Origin: Chiloscyllium plagiosum
Lineage: Eukaryota
Direction: 5' to 3'
Assembly (NCBI RefSeq): GCF_004010195.1
Contig: NC_057711.1
Span: forward strand, 81,076,714-81,140,713
DNA: 64,000 bases
The translations under genes and the position numbers were made by a program. Position 1 is the first letter of the stretch. The number at the start of each line of letters is the position of its first letter. Shown one piece after another: positions 48,821 to 63,190 of the stretch. Under the pieces are notes generated by a model. That model saw only the letters and a program-made list of their open reading frames with translations. It was not told the DNA's origin and ran no database searches.

Positions 48821-51800
48821 TTGAATTAAATTCTGATGGTTTTGTACTGGGCATGAATGGCTTATTTCATCTGTGCTAGATTATGCTGGTCTGGTAATTG
48901 ATCATTATATGCTTGTTTCATTGCTTAAGGCTGGGGGTGGAGCCAGAGAACTAAGACATCTGAGAATTTACTGATGGTGGTTGATGGAACACCAAAGGCC
49001 ATGGGTGATATGGTGAAGGAAGAAAAACGTTCAGTAGTGTGTATGGGCACCTTCTGGATTTCAAAACAGAATCGGAGAAAGAAGCTGGTTCAGAGCTGTG
49101 AATATGTGCATTAAAATTCTGTACGTTTTGAAGTACTTTAAATTTCTGTAAATAAAGTCCCAGAGATTCAGATCTGATTCAGAAACCCATTATCCAACCC
49201 TGATCAGATTAAAGTTAGATGACTTTAGATGACTTTTGTGTTGGAGATGCCTGGAAAGGGGTCTCCTTTTATAGAGCTGACAGGAAATCGACAAATCCGC
49301 TGGCAGAGCGAATCAATGTGAAATCCAAACACTGTGCTGTGTTCTGTGATGTTAATGTCTAGTAGTACAGCCAGCTATTTTGACGCTCCTATGAATGAGT
49401 AAGTATGCAAGGTAAGTATTAGATTAGAGTACCATGCTGGTGTGCAGTGGGAGGGGAGGGATGGTGAATGTGCCACTTGAATTGCCAAGAACCAAGTAGA
49501 TGAGAAGTGTAGAGTGTCTGGTGGGTAAGGTGAGTATAGCATGCCAGGAGGGTGAGGTGCGAGGTTCATAAGTGCTTAGAGTAGGGAATAACAGAGTCAG
49601 TGGTGGTGTTGTATCTGTAGGGGTTAATCAGTTTCAGGATAGTTTGGGTCAGCAAACAGGTCAGCTCAAGAGATGCACTGAGTGATTCAGACTTGGGCAA
49701 TGCCTAGTCAGGGAAGGGAATGTGGTGGGAGATCCCATTCAAACGGGCAGAAGTTGGGGTAGGGGGGGTGGGGCGGGGGGAGGTTATGGAATTCAGGTTT
49801 TGTGATTGGGGGATGCTGGAGGCAAGATCAGGTCAGCATGCGAAGCAGGGGTGTTGGGCTGACTTTCAATTTAGGCATGGTGTATGATATTGGTCCAGTA
49901 CAGGGTCAAGCATACCAACAGCAGGGGGAGTTGGCCTGTAGGACAGAGAGGGGGAGATGTCTTCAAGCAGTGGGGAGAAGGTGGGGTTGGCATTTGACTT
50001 TGTCAGGTCTGGCCAGAAATTATGTGTGTCAGTCTGAGATGTTAAGTCTGACAATTGGAAGAGTGTGTCAGTTTTGGGGGCACAGTCAGGATGATGGGAT
50101 GAGGGCACCTTAGATCCAGGGATCAGGGCCAGGCTGACAATGGAGGGTATTGTCAGTTCTGGGGGTGAGGATCAGGTTGCCTGTGGGAACTAGATGTCAG
50201 GTCTGGAAGGATTGAGTTGATTGATTGGGGACAGGGATTGCTGTATAATCAATCTCTCAAGGGTCAGGGGAGGTCTCCCACAGACAGGATGCCAACAACC
50301 AACTCTAAACCTTCCTACCTGACATTTCCCTATACTAAGTACTCTGGTACTCTGCCCATCTGGCATAATCACCTCATTCACCTGTCACACTATCCCTCCC
50401 CCAGCAGGTCAAGGTGAATTCGGGGTCCAGTTTGATAGATACCCAGGAGTTAGAGCAGGTATTTAGTCCTCTAACTTTTCCTGGGTAACTACAAAGTTTA
50501 AGGTGACGTGGTACCCTCTGGATTCTCTGATTTAAATGGGCTCTTTCAGTGATCTCCAGATGCAGAGGAATTGCCTATTAGAAAATTCAATGCCCCAGGC
50601 AGTTTCCACAGTCAGTTGCATTGAAGATTTTGTATTCCCCTGTTGCACTAGTCCAGTCTATGTTGCTCCAGTGACTTCCTGGCCACAGGACTATCTGGGT
50701 CTTAGTGTTTCCGTTATGAACAAAAATCATCCCTGCATCGCCCTGATATAAACAAGATGAACTGTAACCTGGTGAATACATAACAGATTTCAAAGCCATC
50801 TCATCACTTTCCGAACTCAGAGTGCTTAATCCAATGAGCACGATCAAAACTTTGGGAATTGTCAAATATGCATAGAGATGCAGCTGCCATTTAACCAGCC
50901 AAAATTACTTAACACAATAAGCTTCCCACTGTTTATCACTGCTAAAGTGTATTCACACTTTAAATTGTTATTCGGAGTGTTTGACCTCTTTTTTCAGGCT
51001 TCCTGACCATGATCCATCTTGTCCATCCACTATTTACATCATGGACTAATTGGTCTCAGGTATTCCCCTCCTGCCTTTACTTTGGATTTTAAGGTTCAGA
51101 GATGTTGAAAAAGCAATCTTAGAAGCTGACATGATAGGCTTGAATCAGGCATAACTGGGTGTGACTTCATGCCTGGCCATTTCAGCTGAATCATGGTGGA
51201 GGTGCTGCTGAAGAGAAACAGATACTCAACCCTATATCTGTGTATTTTTAACATTTTTTCAATATGAAGGGGCAACTATATTTGTAGAACTGGCACTGAT
51301 TCTTTCATCTGATCAAGTGCAATCTGAAGTTTGTTTCATTATCAAATTCCTAAATCTTTTCAATTGGCATTGAAACCATGAATGTTGTGTTAGTTCTCAT
51401 GTATATGTTAGATCATGAAAACCTAACAGCTATAAGATGCACCATCTGTCAACTGGATCACTTACACGGAGACATCAGCAGATAAGAATTGTTCAGCTTT
51501 TGAGCTCAACAATGTCACATATTTATAAAATGAAGATTTACAGCACATAAAGAAAGGAGTGAAACATTATTTAAACATGCATTCCTCCCATGTCTCTGAA
51601 CAACTACACTACGTGCTGTGGTGCTCTATTATATAAGTTCTTAGTAAGCCATACTGACAAGGAAGGTCCCTGATTTGATTAGTTGGCACTGGCAAATAAT
51701 GACATATTTTTATATCTGTGGCAAATAGTGTACTGTGTTAATACATTCTGATTTACAGAGGGATTATTAACAAAGGATAAGAGATTATCGGAAATTGCCT

Positions 51801-54264
51801 TTGCGCTTGAACAGAAATTGACAGATAATAGCAGAAAGCCTTGCATGGTGCATTCTGGGTAATTCCTTTTGTGCATTTGTGGTCTTTGACCAAGTACCTG
51901 TCAATGTTAATGACCCAAAACAATAAAGACCAACCGAGTGCAGCAATCACACATCTTGCTTTAAGTGTTTCCTTTTCCCTGTGGTAAGCATTCACATTGC
52001 AAGTACCATCATAAACATGAGGGACTCTGAACATTTATTAAATACTAAAGATTAATATTTAAATACATGCGGGACTGGGACTCGCAGCTCAATCATTCAA
52101 GTTGTTTTACGGGCAGTGGAGGACAGTTTCACTACATCTTCCATTAATATTTTATTACACCTTTTATTGTGTTTACTTTCATGGTGAATTTATAATTTAA
52201 AACCTCTCCAACATCTACAAATGCCAAAATGCTGAAGTTAGTTCAGCTCTTTAACAAACCTCTCATGTAATATTGTCAATCACATAAAGTACACTAAAAG
52301 AAATATTTAGTGTATGCTAGTTATTTAAAGATAAAAAGCATGCACTTGCAAAGCAATTGCATTCTTAATAAGTTAATGCTGTTTGACTCATACGTGTATC
52401 TTACATTGCTCTTTTATAGCATTCTTCTTAACTTGGTTTTTTAACGTCTGTTAGCTTTGATGGAAGGGTTTGCTCAACTACATAAAACATGTAGTTGGAA
52501 AATATACTTCATAACATATTGAATAATTGATGGAATGAAGAAGTAGAGGGGTGCTACAGTTGACCAAAGCACTCTCACATGTATTAAGTACGCCACTGAG
52601 CATTGTATGTAAAGTTACCACATAGCAACCACATTTGTGATGGTGTAATTGGGTGGTGGTGGTGGGAGTGTGGTGGAGGCTTGAAAATGCTGCAACAGCA
52701 ATGACTGATTGTTTTTCATATAAAAATGAGAAAACTGTCTGGTTTTGATTTGGCCCATAAAGGATCAAACTCTTTGATGTGGTTGCTTTGATTTCTTTTC
52801 CATCTGAATGCATTATGTATTTAAAATGCGGATGTAGAGTAATATTTCTTTAAAAGTAAGACTATTTCAAGTATTTTGTACATTTCATGGTTCTGCACAT
52901 GAAAATCGTCAGTGAAAATATGGAAGAAGAATCATTCAAAAGCATTTTTTTTACCTTGCTATTATTTTTCACTCAAAGTCCTGAATTTTGTTTAACTTCA
53001 AGGGTTGGATTTTGTGATAATTGGAAGCCTGATGCTGAAGCCTACATGAAGATTCTGAGCCTGCCTATGTCTTCAATATGGGCTTCATCTGGGTTGACAC
53101 GGCTGGTGGCCCTATCAGAAAGTTGACAGCAATGCCAGGCTGGCACCAGGACAGGTGGGTGTGACAGGCAGATAAAGGGTGCCTCTACATGGACTACTTC
53201 TTTACTGCTTGCATTAAGTTAATTACATAATGAGGCCTTAGCCTGATAGAACCATCATGGGGAGGGGAAATCCAACTGCAACATTCAGAAAGAATGCCAT
53301 TATGCCTTTGACCCCAGCTGTTCTGCTACTGGCTCTGACAGTCGCCAAGCTCCCTGCCAGGAGGGTGGTTCAATCAAGTAGGTGATCTCTGCATCTGGCT
53401 CAGACTGCTTTAATAGTGGGGAAATAGAGTCACTGTCATATGATGGCTTTCAATCTATTAATTTGATTAATTTGATGTCTACTTCCATGGAAGAAATTGT
53501 CTTATGGCCAGCCCACCCCTATGAAAGGTCCCTAAGGAATAGGACTGCATTGGTGAATTGCCCCTGCTCAGTTCTCCCCTATTTTCTCAGCCACCCCAGC
53601 TCTTACACTATCTCCACAAGGCTGAGAAAATACAGATCTAGTCCTCAAGGTTTCTTAAATTGATATTGGTACACATTGCACACACAAACATCATTTTACT
53701 GCCAGCTTACCTTAGATTGGCATCTCCAAATAATAATGATGGTGCAAATAGTAATTTAAACCATTCTTCCTGTAATAGGAAACAAGGTTTAGAAATGAAT
53801 ATGAAAAGGCAGATAGAGTTGAATTAATCTAATACCTTTGTGCACACTCCTTTGATTGCAAAATTCAAAATAAACTGAAAATATTGCAAGGGCGAAGTAC
53901 TGTGGATTCTGTAATTATGAAATGAAGATATAAAATGCCAGCAGCCCTCAGCAGGTCTGACAGCAGCTATGGAAAGAGAAGGCAAGGTGGACATGATGCC
54001 AAACAAAGAAACCCCAACTGCTGCACATTGAGCAGAGCTGGAGCTCCAGGAGGCAAGGAGGACAAGGTGGCAGTATATTATAAACCAAGAGATAAGTGGT
54101 TAGACTATTTAGCTTCTCAGGCCTGTGCCACAATTCAATAAGATTGTGCATGATCTGATTACTCTTTAAGTATACTTTTATCCCTACCACAACAATCCCC
54201 ATGCTACCAATGCCCAACCCTTTTTGAGTCCCTTTTATGACAGTGGTAACCTATTTTTCTAAAC

Positions 54265-54366
54265 AACCTGTTCAGAGAGATGTTATTACACACCTCTGAT
54301 AAGTGGGACTTGAACCTGGCTTCCCAGTCCAGGGATAGGGACACTACAACTGCACCACAAGAGCCT
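54265..54366 (-). mobile_element. Short tRNA-derived SINE-like element (related copies ~24965-25045, 27460-27555, 37180-37235, 38105-38170)
   Basis: Reverse complement ggctcttgtggtgcagttgtagtgtccctatc...ggttcaagtccc...ggtgtgtaataacatctctgaac (A- and B-box-like). Confidence 0.65.
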
Positions 54367-55090
54367 TTATGACAATGGTAAATACAAACTAGAACATTTC
54401 CATCATCTGATTCTAATACCTGAGATCTTCATAGTTAAGGTGATGTTTTAAGAAGGTGACAAATATTGAGCTAAATTGGCTGGTAGACTGAGCAGATTGA
54501 GCCAAGCTCATTAATCCATCAGTAAACAAAGATCAGTTTGAGACAAAATTAACATCTTTATCTCCTTTTTGATTCACACTTACCTGGAATGAACTTGAAA
54601 TGAAACTTGCAGTTTCAGCTTGAAAAAATAATTATAGCAGACACCCAAATCCACAAAAGAACGATATTTCAGACAGCTACTCTCTTGCAGCAGAGCAGAG
54701 ACACGGAATGATGGTTTGTAAGCAAGAATTAGCAGACGCTCTCACTCTCACTGTCTGTCTTTTTCATCAACCTCAAAACCTAATGTCCAGTGAAATTGAA
54801 ACCTAAAAGGAATAGCCATTCATTGAGAACTTACATATATCTACAACCTGCACCAGACGTGAAGAAGTGTGACAATGGTTAAATGGGGTCAGGTCATTCT
54901 CAGACCTGAGAACCCTCAGGCTACAATTAACTGCAATTGCTTTTTCCTTTCAATGAGTGTAATAATGACATTGCAATTTCTTTCTGAGTTTTGCCCTTTT
55001 GTGCATGTGTCTGATGTCATTTTTAAAATTAATTTTAGGAGTGTTATTAAGTGGCAATAAAATTCTTCATTCTTGTACTCAAGAACATCA

Positions 55091-55216
55091 GTGCTGCTCC
55101 TTCATCCATAACCATCTGATCAAGGAACAGTGCTCTGAAAGCGAGTGTTTCCAAATAATCCTCTTGGACTATAACCTGGTGTTATGTGATTTTTAACTTT
55201 GTACACCTCAGTCCAA
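55091..55216 (+). mobile_element. Penelope pseudo-LTR fragment with a degenerate hammerhead core
   Basis: ctgatcaaggaacagtgctctgaaagc..., ggactataacctggtgttatgtgatttttaactttgtac; same family as 21700 and 27921. Confidence 0.8.
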
Positions 55217-58200
55217 CATTGACATCTCCAAATCATAACTACCTTCTCAGTCAGTCCCTGTTCAACCGAAATACCTACTGCTAAGCATCAGTGAGTGTCA
55301 TGAAAATGTGTAGTCAGTATTAAAGTGTGAAACATTCAGGTCTGTATGTTACGTGATGAGGATAGCTGTTTGTTAAGTTAATGTTATTGAATCCTGCAGT
55401 TTATTGCACACAAATATAACTTGTGAAAAGATTCTACCAGGAAATGTGAATGTGGCCTAATAGGAGGTAAGGTAGTTGAAGTGCAAAACAATCTATCTGG
55501 AAGCATCAGGGGAGGGGCAAGTATACAGAGACAGATGGATAGCAGCTCAGGCAACATATAGGAGAGAAGACAGCTGGTGTATAATGCTAACAATGGCAAG
55601 AAAATCTTATAAATGATTGTTGAACATAGACTTGAATACAAAAAGGATTACAGATTAGAGTAAATTTTCATGGAAGTCATATTAAGTAGAATATTAAATG
55701 GCCTGAATGATGTGGGCTGTAATGGGATTTGTAGCAGAATCAGATGAGAAGTTCAGCAAGGTCCATTTCGATATTGAGAGCATCTGCTGGGGGTCAAGAC
55801 AAGCTTCTTGATCAGCAGTGGAATTTTGTCATTGAAGGGGAATTATTGCTTGTTAAACACTTTGTTAATGGGTTAACTTACCTCATTAATGTTCAGCTTC
55901 CCATTTTACCAAATGCACCAAAAAAGTCAGACATCGAGAAAACGTGATGTGGAAACCAGCAAGTACCTAACGACTTCAGCGTACCACTTGCTCTGAAGGA
56001 CCTCCATGTTGGCCACTGATCACTAACATATCAGGGCACTCTACATCAGAACCAGCCACATGTACCCCTTGTCCACAGCCTTAGCATCTATGCCAGCTTC
56101 TAACAACCTTAAGAGCACATCTCTGATCAACTTACAGGACACTACTGCACTTCCATGCTGCACTTGGGGCTGTACTGACAACTACCACTGTGATGCTGCA
56201 GCAAGCACATGTATGCTCAGGGACAATGGACCCAGCTCATGGACTAAACCAGTTGCACCTCTGGGCTCTTCGCATGTTCTCACTGCGCTCACTTATATCA
56301 TCCCTGTTTGACATTGTCTTTTATTGCTTTGTTCCTCAGTCAGAGCCAGGAGACTCATGTTACTTCTGTCTTGCCTTGCTGTTTAACACAAACACAATGG
56401 CAGGTGGTTTGTCCTGGTTGTCAACAGGCCTCAATCAAGTCAAGGCAGATAGTCTTTGCTTCCCTGTACGGGATGTTAAGGCAGTTTCCAACACCCATCC
56501 AGGGGTTTTGTCATGGTCACTCAGCCATTTGGAGCTGCCTGTGTCAAGATGCTTACCACTTAAGGGATGAGGATCTGAATCTCAGTGAGCTTACTAGAAT
56601 ACTTTGATTCTTGCTATCCTGTTGTGGGTTGGTTTCTTCCCGAGAGAGAGGAGGGCATTAATGGAGATGTAAGTGGGTGGCACGGCTGTTACTTTTGGTG
56701 CAGGTAGGTAAGTGTCCCAATCGAGTGAGTAGGGAGCTCAGAGGGCATGCAGGATTAATCGTGCCATGTGTTAGGATGGGTGAGAGCAAGTGAAAGAAGA
56801 TGTTGCGTGGAACAGTGACAGTGATGGAACATGAGCGTTGGTGGCAGGTGAGTACAGCAGTAGAGATAGAGAGAGTGTATAAGAAAGAAGAGGGTGACAC
56901 TTATGCTGGTGGATTGAAAATGGGCATTAACGTTCTTCTTGCACTCCTCCAGATGGCTAAGACTGCTCTAAACTGGGTGGCAACCTCAGACCAGGTTGGC
57001 ATGGCCTAGGTTTGGTATCCACTGTTGGTGCTGGCGGAACAGGAAGTCCCTCCTACACTACACTGTCCAGCAGAGCTTCTAGGTCACTACTCACAAAGTG
57101 GGTCACTGATTTGCCCATCTGCCATTTCTGGGGTAAATCTCAGGATCTGTGCAAGGCATCCACAGAGTGACATTGCTTGTCAAGGTGCACGATGGGACTT
57201 TTACCAATGGTGCAAGCACAAGGGATGCCAGTTAATCCCAGTATAACCCAGCAGTAGTTAGTTGTTCCAGGAACAGTGCATAGTAAAGTGTGGCTAGAAT
57301 TGGACTTTAGGGTCTCCGTGGTGGTAGGGTAGGTTGTTAATTAAGCGGGTTTCATAAGATACAGTGAGAAAGCGCACCAGGCCTCATGATGAAAAACACA
57401 AAAAAAATTCCACACAATTCTCACTTAGTCAAAAGATTGTAAGATTCAAACCATAGTGGTTTCTTATAAAATTTAAAAGCCTATGGCATTATAATGCTAA
57501 ATACAATATCTCTTTCAGTAATTTTCTTTTGATCTTTAAAACAATGCCTTCTTCTTCGTAGAGGGACCTTTTATTCCTCACATAACTGAATAAATCGTTC
57601 ATTTGTCCTTTTAGTTGCTTCAGACGGAATTAAACTAAGCCGTAAGTAATAAGTAAATGCCATAAACACTGTAAGCAGGAACTCTGACAAAGGACTGAGT
57701 TTGAGTGATCATATGAAATTTGAATTGGTCATGGGGAGAACTGCTAAGACGGGGGCCATAGGAAACTCGGATTTAGTAACATAAAGATTTTAGAAAAGAA
57801 AAGTTGTAGAATCCCAGGATTTATGCCTAAAGGCTAGAAGTAGCCTCATTAAATGGCCAGAGCACAGTTTATCATGTTTAATTTAATCAGGACTGGTGTT
57901 CCTATTAACTCAGGCAAAACAAAATCCTCCAAATGATTTAGTTCAGTTGCATTATTAAGCTGAGGGAGACAGATCTTGATCCTCGAATTTTGTGTAAACA
58001 ATGTATCACAACTATCATAATTAAAAATGTAGATTATTCCTTCAAATTACAACCCAACTATACCCTTCTACAGAGTTTTCATTTTTCCTGGTTTTAGTGT
58101 GGTCACAAAGATCAGGATAGGCAAAAATAAACATGTCATTTAGGACGCGCAAGTTTTAAAGAGAACTGTTTGACAAACTTGTTTTGCTGGCTTATGCAGC

Positions 58201-58573
58201 ACATTAAAGCAATTTATTTTAAAACACGCTCCTGCATTGAAATCATGTCATTGCTTTCTTGTATAAGAGCTTGAAGATTTTGCATGACTGTTTGACCTCA
58301 TGCCTTCCACAGTGTGTCCTCTCAAACGCATGAAATACGAGACTAAGCCAATATAAGTATCAAATAACCTTCTCCGTTTATCTAACTGTACAATTTTTTC
58401 AAATGTGAATTTTGTCATTCAGATCTTCATGAAAAATCATGGATATAAACGTGACTGTCAGAGTTGGTGTATCGGTGCTCCTTGGAAAGTAGAACAGAAT
58501 GGTACAAGTGATTTGTCTGCCTGACTTATTCTTCAGCTGATTTTATCCATGGGAGGCAACATTTTTTAAAAAC

Positions 58574-58910
58574 ATTTATTCACAGGATGTTGGTATCACT
58601 GGCTCAGCCAGTATTTATTACCCATCTCTAATTGCATTAAATATCCCCCACATTGCTGTGGGTCTGGAGTCAGATGTAAGCCAGATCATGTGAAGACGGC
58701 AGTTTCCTTCCCTAAAGTCCGTTGGCGAAACAGTTGGGTTTTTCCTGACAATTGATAATAGTTTCATGGTCATTATTAGATTCCTAATTCCAGGTATCAA
58801 TTCAAATTCTGCCATCTGCCATGGCAGGATTCAAACACAGGTCCCCAGAATATTATCAGAACCTCTGGATTAATCGTCTAGCATTAATGCCACCAGGCCA
58901 TCACCTCCCC
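58574..58910 (-). mobile_element. Full-length copy of the second tRNA-derived SINE family
   Basis: Reverse complement of the 25204/25713-26040 element. Confidence 0.8.
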
Positions 58911-61900
58911 ATGGCATTATAATACGTAATAGTTGCATTATTTTTAGAGATTAAAGTATCAAAATGGAAGCTAAAACATGATGATACTTTCTTCAAGTAG
59001 GCAGTTTTTCACCACACAAGTTACTGTTGCAAGACAAAAAAGTTATGAATTATCATCATGTTTTAATAGCAAAATGCTTCTTGATATTTTTTGGAGGAAG
59101 TAGTTGTTGGGTCTCTGATCTATTTACTTAGGGCTCACTATACCGCATGTACACTGGACAGATAAGTTATCTAAGGACTCTAAAATAGAAGGCAAAGTAA
59201 TGGGTTTTGAAGACCAATGAATATTTATAAAGTAATAGAGTGAGAAAAAATTGCAATATCGTATGAAGTGATTTACTTTTATAGAATAGCATTTAAGTCA
59301 ACATTATGTTTTTAAATTGGGGAAGGTTGGGTCATTTGAGATTCATGAGTTCAGGTTCACAGGACATTAAAGTATGTAGCGAATAAAGCTGGTTCAAGAA
59401 AGAAGGACAAAGTAATAATAGAAACAGGGCAGGCATATCAGACCAAGACTTCTTCAATGGATAAATATCAAAATGGGCTGTTTGGTCTTCACAGACTGGT
59501 TCTACAGGCAGCCAAGTAATTTCAATGTAATTCTATATAATGGCTATCATTACATAGCTGTTAGAAAATGCACAGATTGCCTGTGTGGTTCCCTCTTTGG
59601 TTTTCCCATTCTCATTAGGATGAAATGTTTGGTAAATCAGAATGCATTTTATTTCAAGAAATGTCAGTATAGAGAATAGGATTCCACCAGTCCATGATCC
59701 AATAACTGATGCTCTGTGGTGTCCTATGTTGTCTGCAGGGACCATCCAATTTTAAGTATTTGGCCAGTTTACAGTCATTGTTTGCAACCATTACATTTTG
59801 CTAAAAGTGACACAGAAACACAACTTCTGTTGATGGCAAACTTTAAATTCAGTAAAACATTAGATATTGTTGGCGTCCAAAATCAAAACTATGAGACACA
59901 CAAATCTGCTAATTCATGAGATCCAGCTCACAGCACACTTGAATTCATTCAGTATATTTATTCAGTTCAAGAGAAGAAAGATTTTAGATAATGACCTCCA
60001 AAATAAGACGTAGCACATTTGTGCCAATGGAAAATTGGATACAGAATCCATTTAACATAAAAATCAGTATAATGTTCCCTGCATGTCATTACTTTAACAG
60101 TCCTTCCTAAATCCAACAACACCCTTGTGTGTTTTATGTATTTTAATAATATCTTGCATGATTTTATGTAGAAAGCAAGAAACCCATTGAATATTGTTAT
60201 CGCTGTGACTAAGAGGTTTATTATTTATTCCCTCCTCTTATGGCCATCTGCAGGAGTGTTGATTTTGAGCAGCTGAAGATATTATGCCCTGTAGCCAACT
60301 CTTTTACTGTTAATATCGACACAGGGTTCCATTACTTGCATTGCTTTGGAAGTTTATCTCCAGTGAATGCAATTTACTATCAGCTGTGTGGATATTTTGA
60401 AGATTGTAATTCTGTTATCTTTCACTGTATTTCCCAGCTGGTTTCTAATAATCCTTAAGACGTTTATTTTCATGAATAAAGCCTGCATTTATTGTACTTA
60501 TGATTATTCCTCTTTTGTGTTTAACTTAATTCTGAAGATGGATGCAGAGTTAAATACAACCAATAATGAAGATAGGATTTGCCTTTGCCTTTTGTCATTT
60601 GTTTGTCCCTATTATCTGGAATTGATTTTTTAAATTTCAATAATCTCTGGGTTTTTTTAGATTTGATTATCTAACTGTTTGAATGAGATGTGGTTCCAAA
60701 TGTTAGGTGATGCAAGGTCAAAATGGACAGAATAGGACATGACTGTTGCTATTGTGGCTCCTCAGACTTCAGGCCCACAATGTTATAAAGTTAACAGTTT
60801 TAGTTGTCAAAGCTTTTAAAATATAAATGAGGATTGCACTGAAATCATTAAATTAAGTGTTCATGATGATATTCCAAATGCTCAATTGGCTTTTGAACCA
60901 TAGAAGAGCTCAACACTGAAGTATATCACCAAGTGTACAGTCCATGTTTTAACATTAGATTTTTTCATTATATTTTGAGAAAGTGCCGCTAATGTGAAAC
61001 TGATGAAAGCAACATAACCTCAGGCACAATGTGCTCTCTATTTAGATTTGTACAAATAGTACGCTAAAGATAAAGAAATGCCATTTCTTTTTTATCCGTG
61101 CGTTCAGCTAATTTTTAGAAGAGGGAGACACAGTGGATGCCAGGTGAGTGATACGACTTACCTGCTTCCCTAGAATCCTTCCCACTTCTTTAACCATGGT
61201 AACACTACCTTGCTGGCAACAAAAACTTCATCAATAGCCTGAAAATTAGGAATCTTTTGAAGGATGATTTGCCTAAATAAATTTCAGATAGACTATTTCC
61301 ACATCACAGAGTTATTCTACTCCATTGCTAAGTTTGAAAAATGTGTCACTTGGTGGAATTTAGTGCAACCTGATGGAGTGCGAGTGAGCTAATGTGAAGG
61401 GCCAAAAGAACATAGATAAGGAACCGAATCAGCAGCCTGGGTCCAGGAACTCTGTTGCCACATAATACCAAAGGAGAAGTAGCAATGGTGTAGCAATGCC
61501 ACATACGAGTGGCAATAAGACAACTGAACTCACTACAGGAATACTTATGTTATATCTGCATGCATTTGAATGGAACTTAATGTTGTCTTGCAGATTAAAT
61601 GCTTGTATATGTGGATCAGAAGCAGTCAAATCCCAACTCATTCACTGACACTATGCTCAGATAAGCAGAAGGTCAGTCATTGTGGCATTTAATACCATCA
61701 GAAAGGAGACTTTCACTCAGTGAGCTAAGGGGCAAATCAGTAGAACAGATGACCAGAGCTGAGGTGCAGTTCAGAGGAGAGAGCTTCAGATGTTCTGACA
61801 ACGCCTGGGACATACTGGAGGATATTTCCTACAGTGGTAACAACCAGTATAGAGGAATGAAGCAGAGACATGAAACTCACCCAATTTTCTTAGGCCTTGA

Positions 61901-62342
61901 CTGAAGGAGTGACACAGAGGCAGGGTAAGCCAGGCACTGTTAGCATCAATGCTAGAGCAGCAGATATGTCATGAAGCTGAGATGGCTGACGTCCCCCATC
62001 CACAACCAGCTTCCTATGTGCTAGACATGACTCAAACCAGTAAAGAGTATTCTCCTTGATTCCATTGACTATGGTCCTATATCACTTCTTCTTTCTCCTT
62101 CTTTAACACATCCTTAAAACTCACTCCTCTCACCACGTTCATGTTCATGTATCATCAACATGGCTTTATTTTAAAGATTATTAGAAAATAATCCTTTGAT
62201 TTATTGTTGTTACATGTACAGTACCAAGATACAGTGATACATTTTACTGCATTAAAGACGTGATATAAATACAAGTTGCTGTTGTTGCCAGAGTGATAGG
62301 TTACAAGACTGGTGTGAAATACAATCCAGTAGCAGGTCTGTA

Positions 62343-63190
62343 TGTGGCACAGAGTTTAGCACTGCTGCCTCGCAGTGCCAGGGGATGTGGGTTTAATTCT
62401 AGCCTTGGGTGACTATCTGCATTGGTTTTCACAGTGTGCTCTGGTTTCCTTACACAGTTTTCTTTTAGATTCTCTACAGTGTGGAAACTGGCCCTTCGGC
62501 CCAACAAGTCCACACCTCCCCTCCCTGAAGAGAAATCCACCCAAACCCATTCCCGACCCTATATTTACCCCTGACTAACACTGTGAGCAATTTAGCATGG
62601 CCAAATCACCTGACCTGCACATCTTTGTGACTGTGGGAGGAAACCAGAGCACCCGGAGGAAACCCATGCAGACACGGAGAGAATGTGCAAACTCTACACA
62701 GACAGGCGGGAATCAAACCCAGGACTCTGCTGCTGTGAGGCAGCAGTGCGAACCACTGAGCCTCCGAAGAGTAACCTACCCAGACCAATTTCCCTCTAAC
62801 TAATGCACCTAGCATGGTCGATTCACCTGACCTGCCCATCTTTGGATTGTGGGAGGAAACTGGAGCACCTGGAGGAAACCCACACAGACACAGGGAGAAC
62901 GTGCAAGCTCCACAAAGACAGTCTCCCAAGGCTGGAATCGAACCTGGGACCCTGGTGCTGTAAGGCAGCAGTGCTAACCACTGAGCCACCGTGTTGCTCA
63001 GTTAGACAGATTGGTCATGTTAACTTGTTCCGTAGTGTCTAGCGATATGCAGGCTAAGTCGATTAGCCATGGTAAATGTGGGGCTATGGGGATAGTTTGG
63101 GGAGGAGGGTCTGGGAGGGATGATCTTCGGAGGGTCAGTGCAGACTCATTGGGTCAAATGAGCTCCTTCTGCACAGGAGATATTCAATGA
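62343..63190. mobile_element. Nested HE1-type SINE cluster: plus-strand SINE split by two tandem minus-strand copies (~62465-62762, ~62763-62995)
   Basis: Plus-strand head at 62343-62457 and tail at ~63000-63190; ORF 62606-62989 shows the SINE head twice. Confidence 0.85.

Noticed and set aside
55810..57430. Possible decayed Harbinger-like or other DNA transposon (similar GC-richer blocks at 6300-6800, 20530-21080, 49560-50520, 52990-53640)
   Set aside because: Composition is suggestive, but no convincing TIR, TSD or transposase motif could be pinned down.
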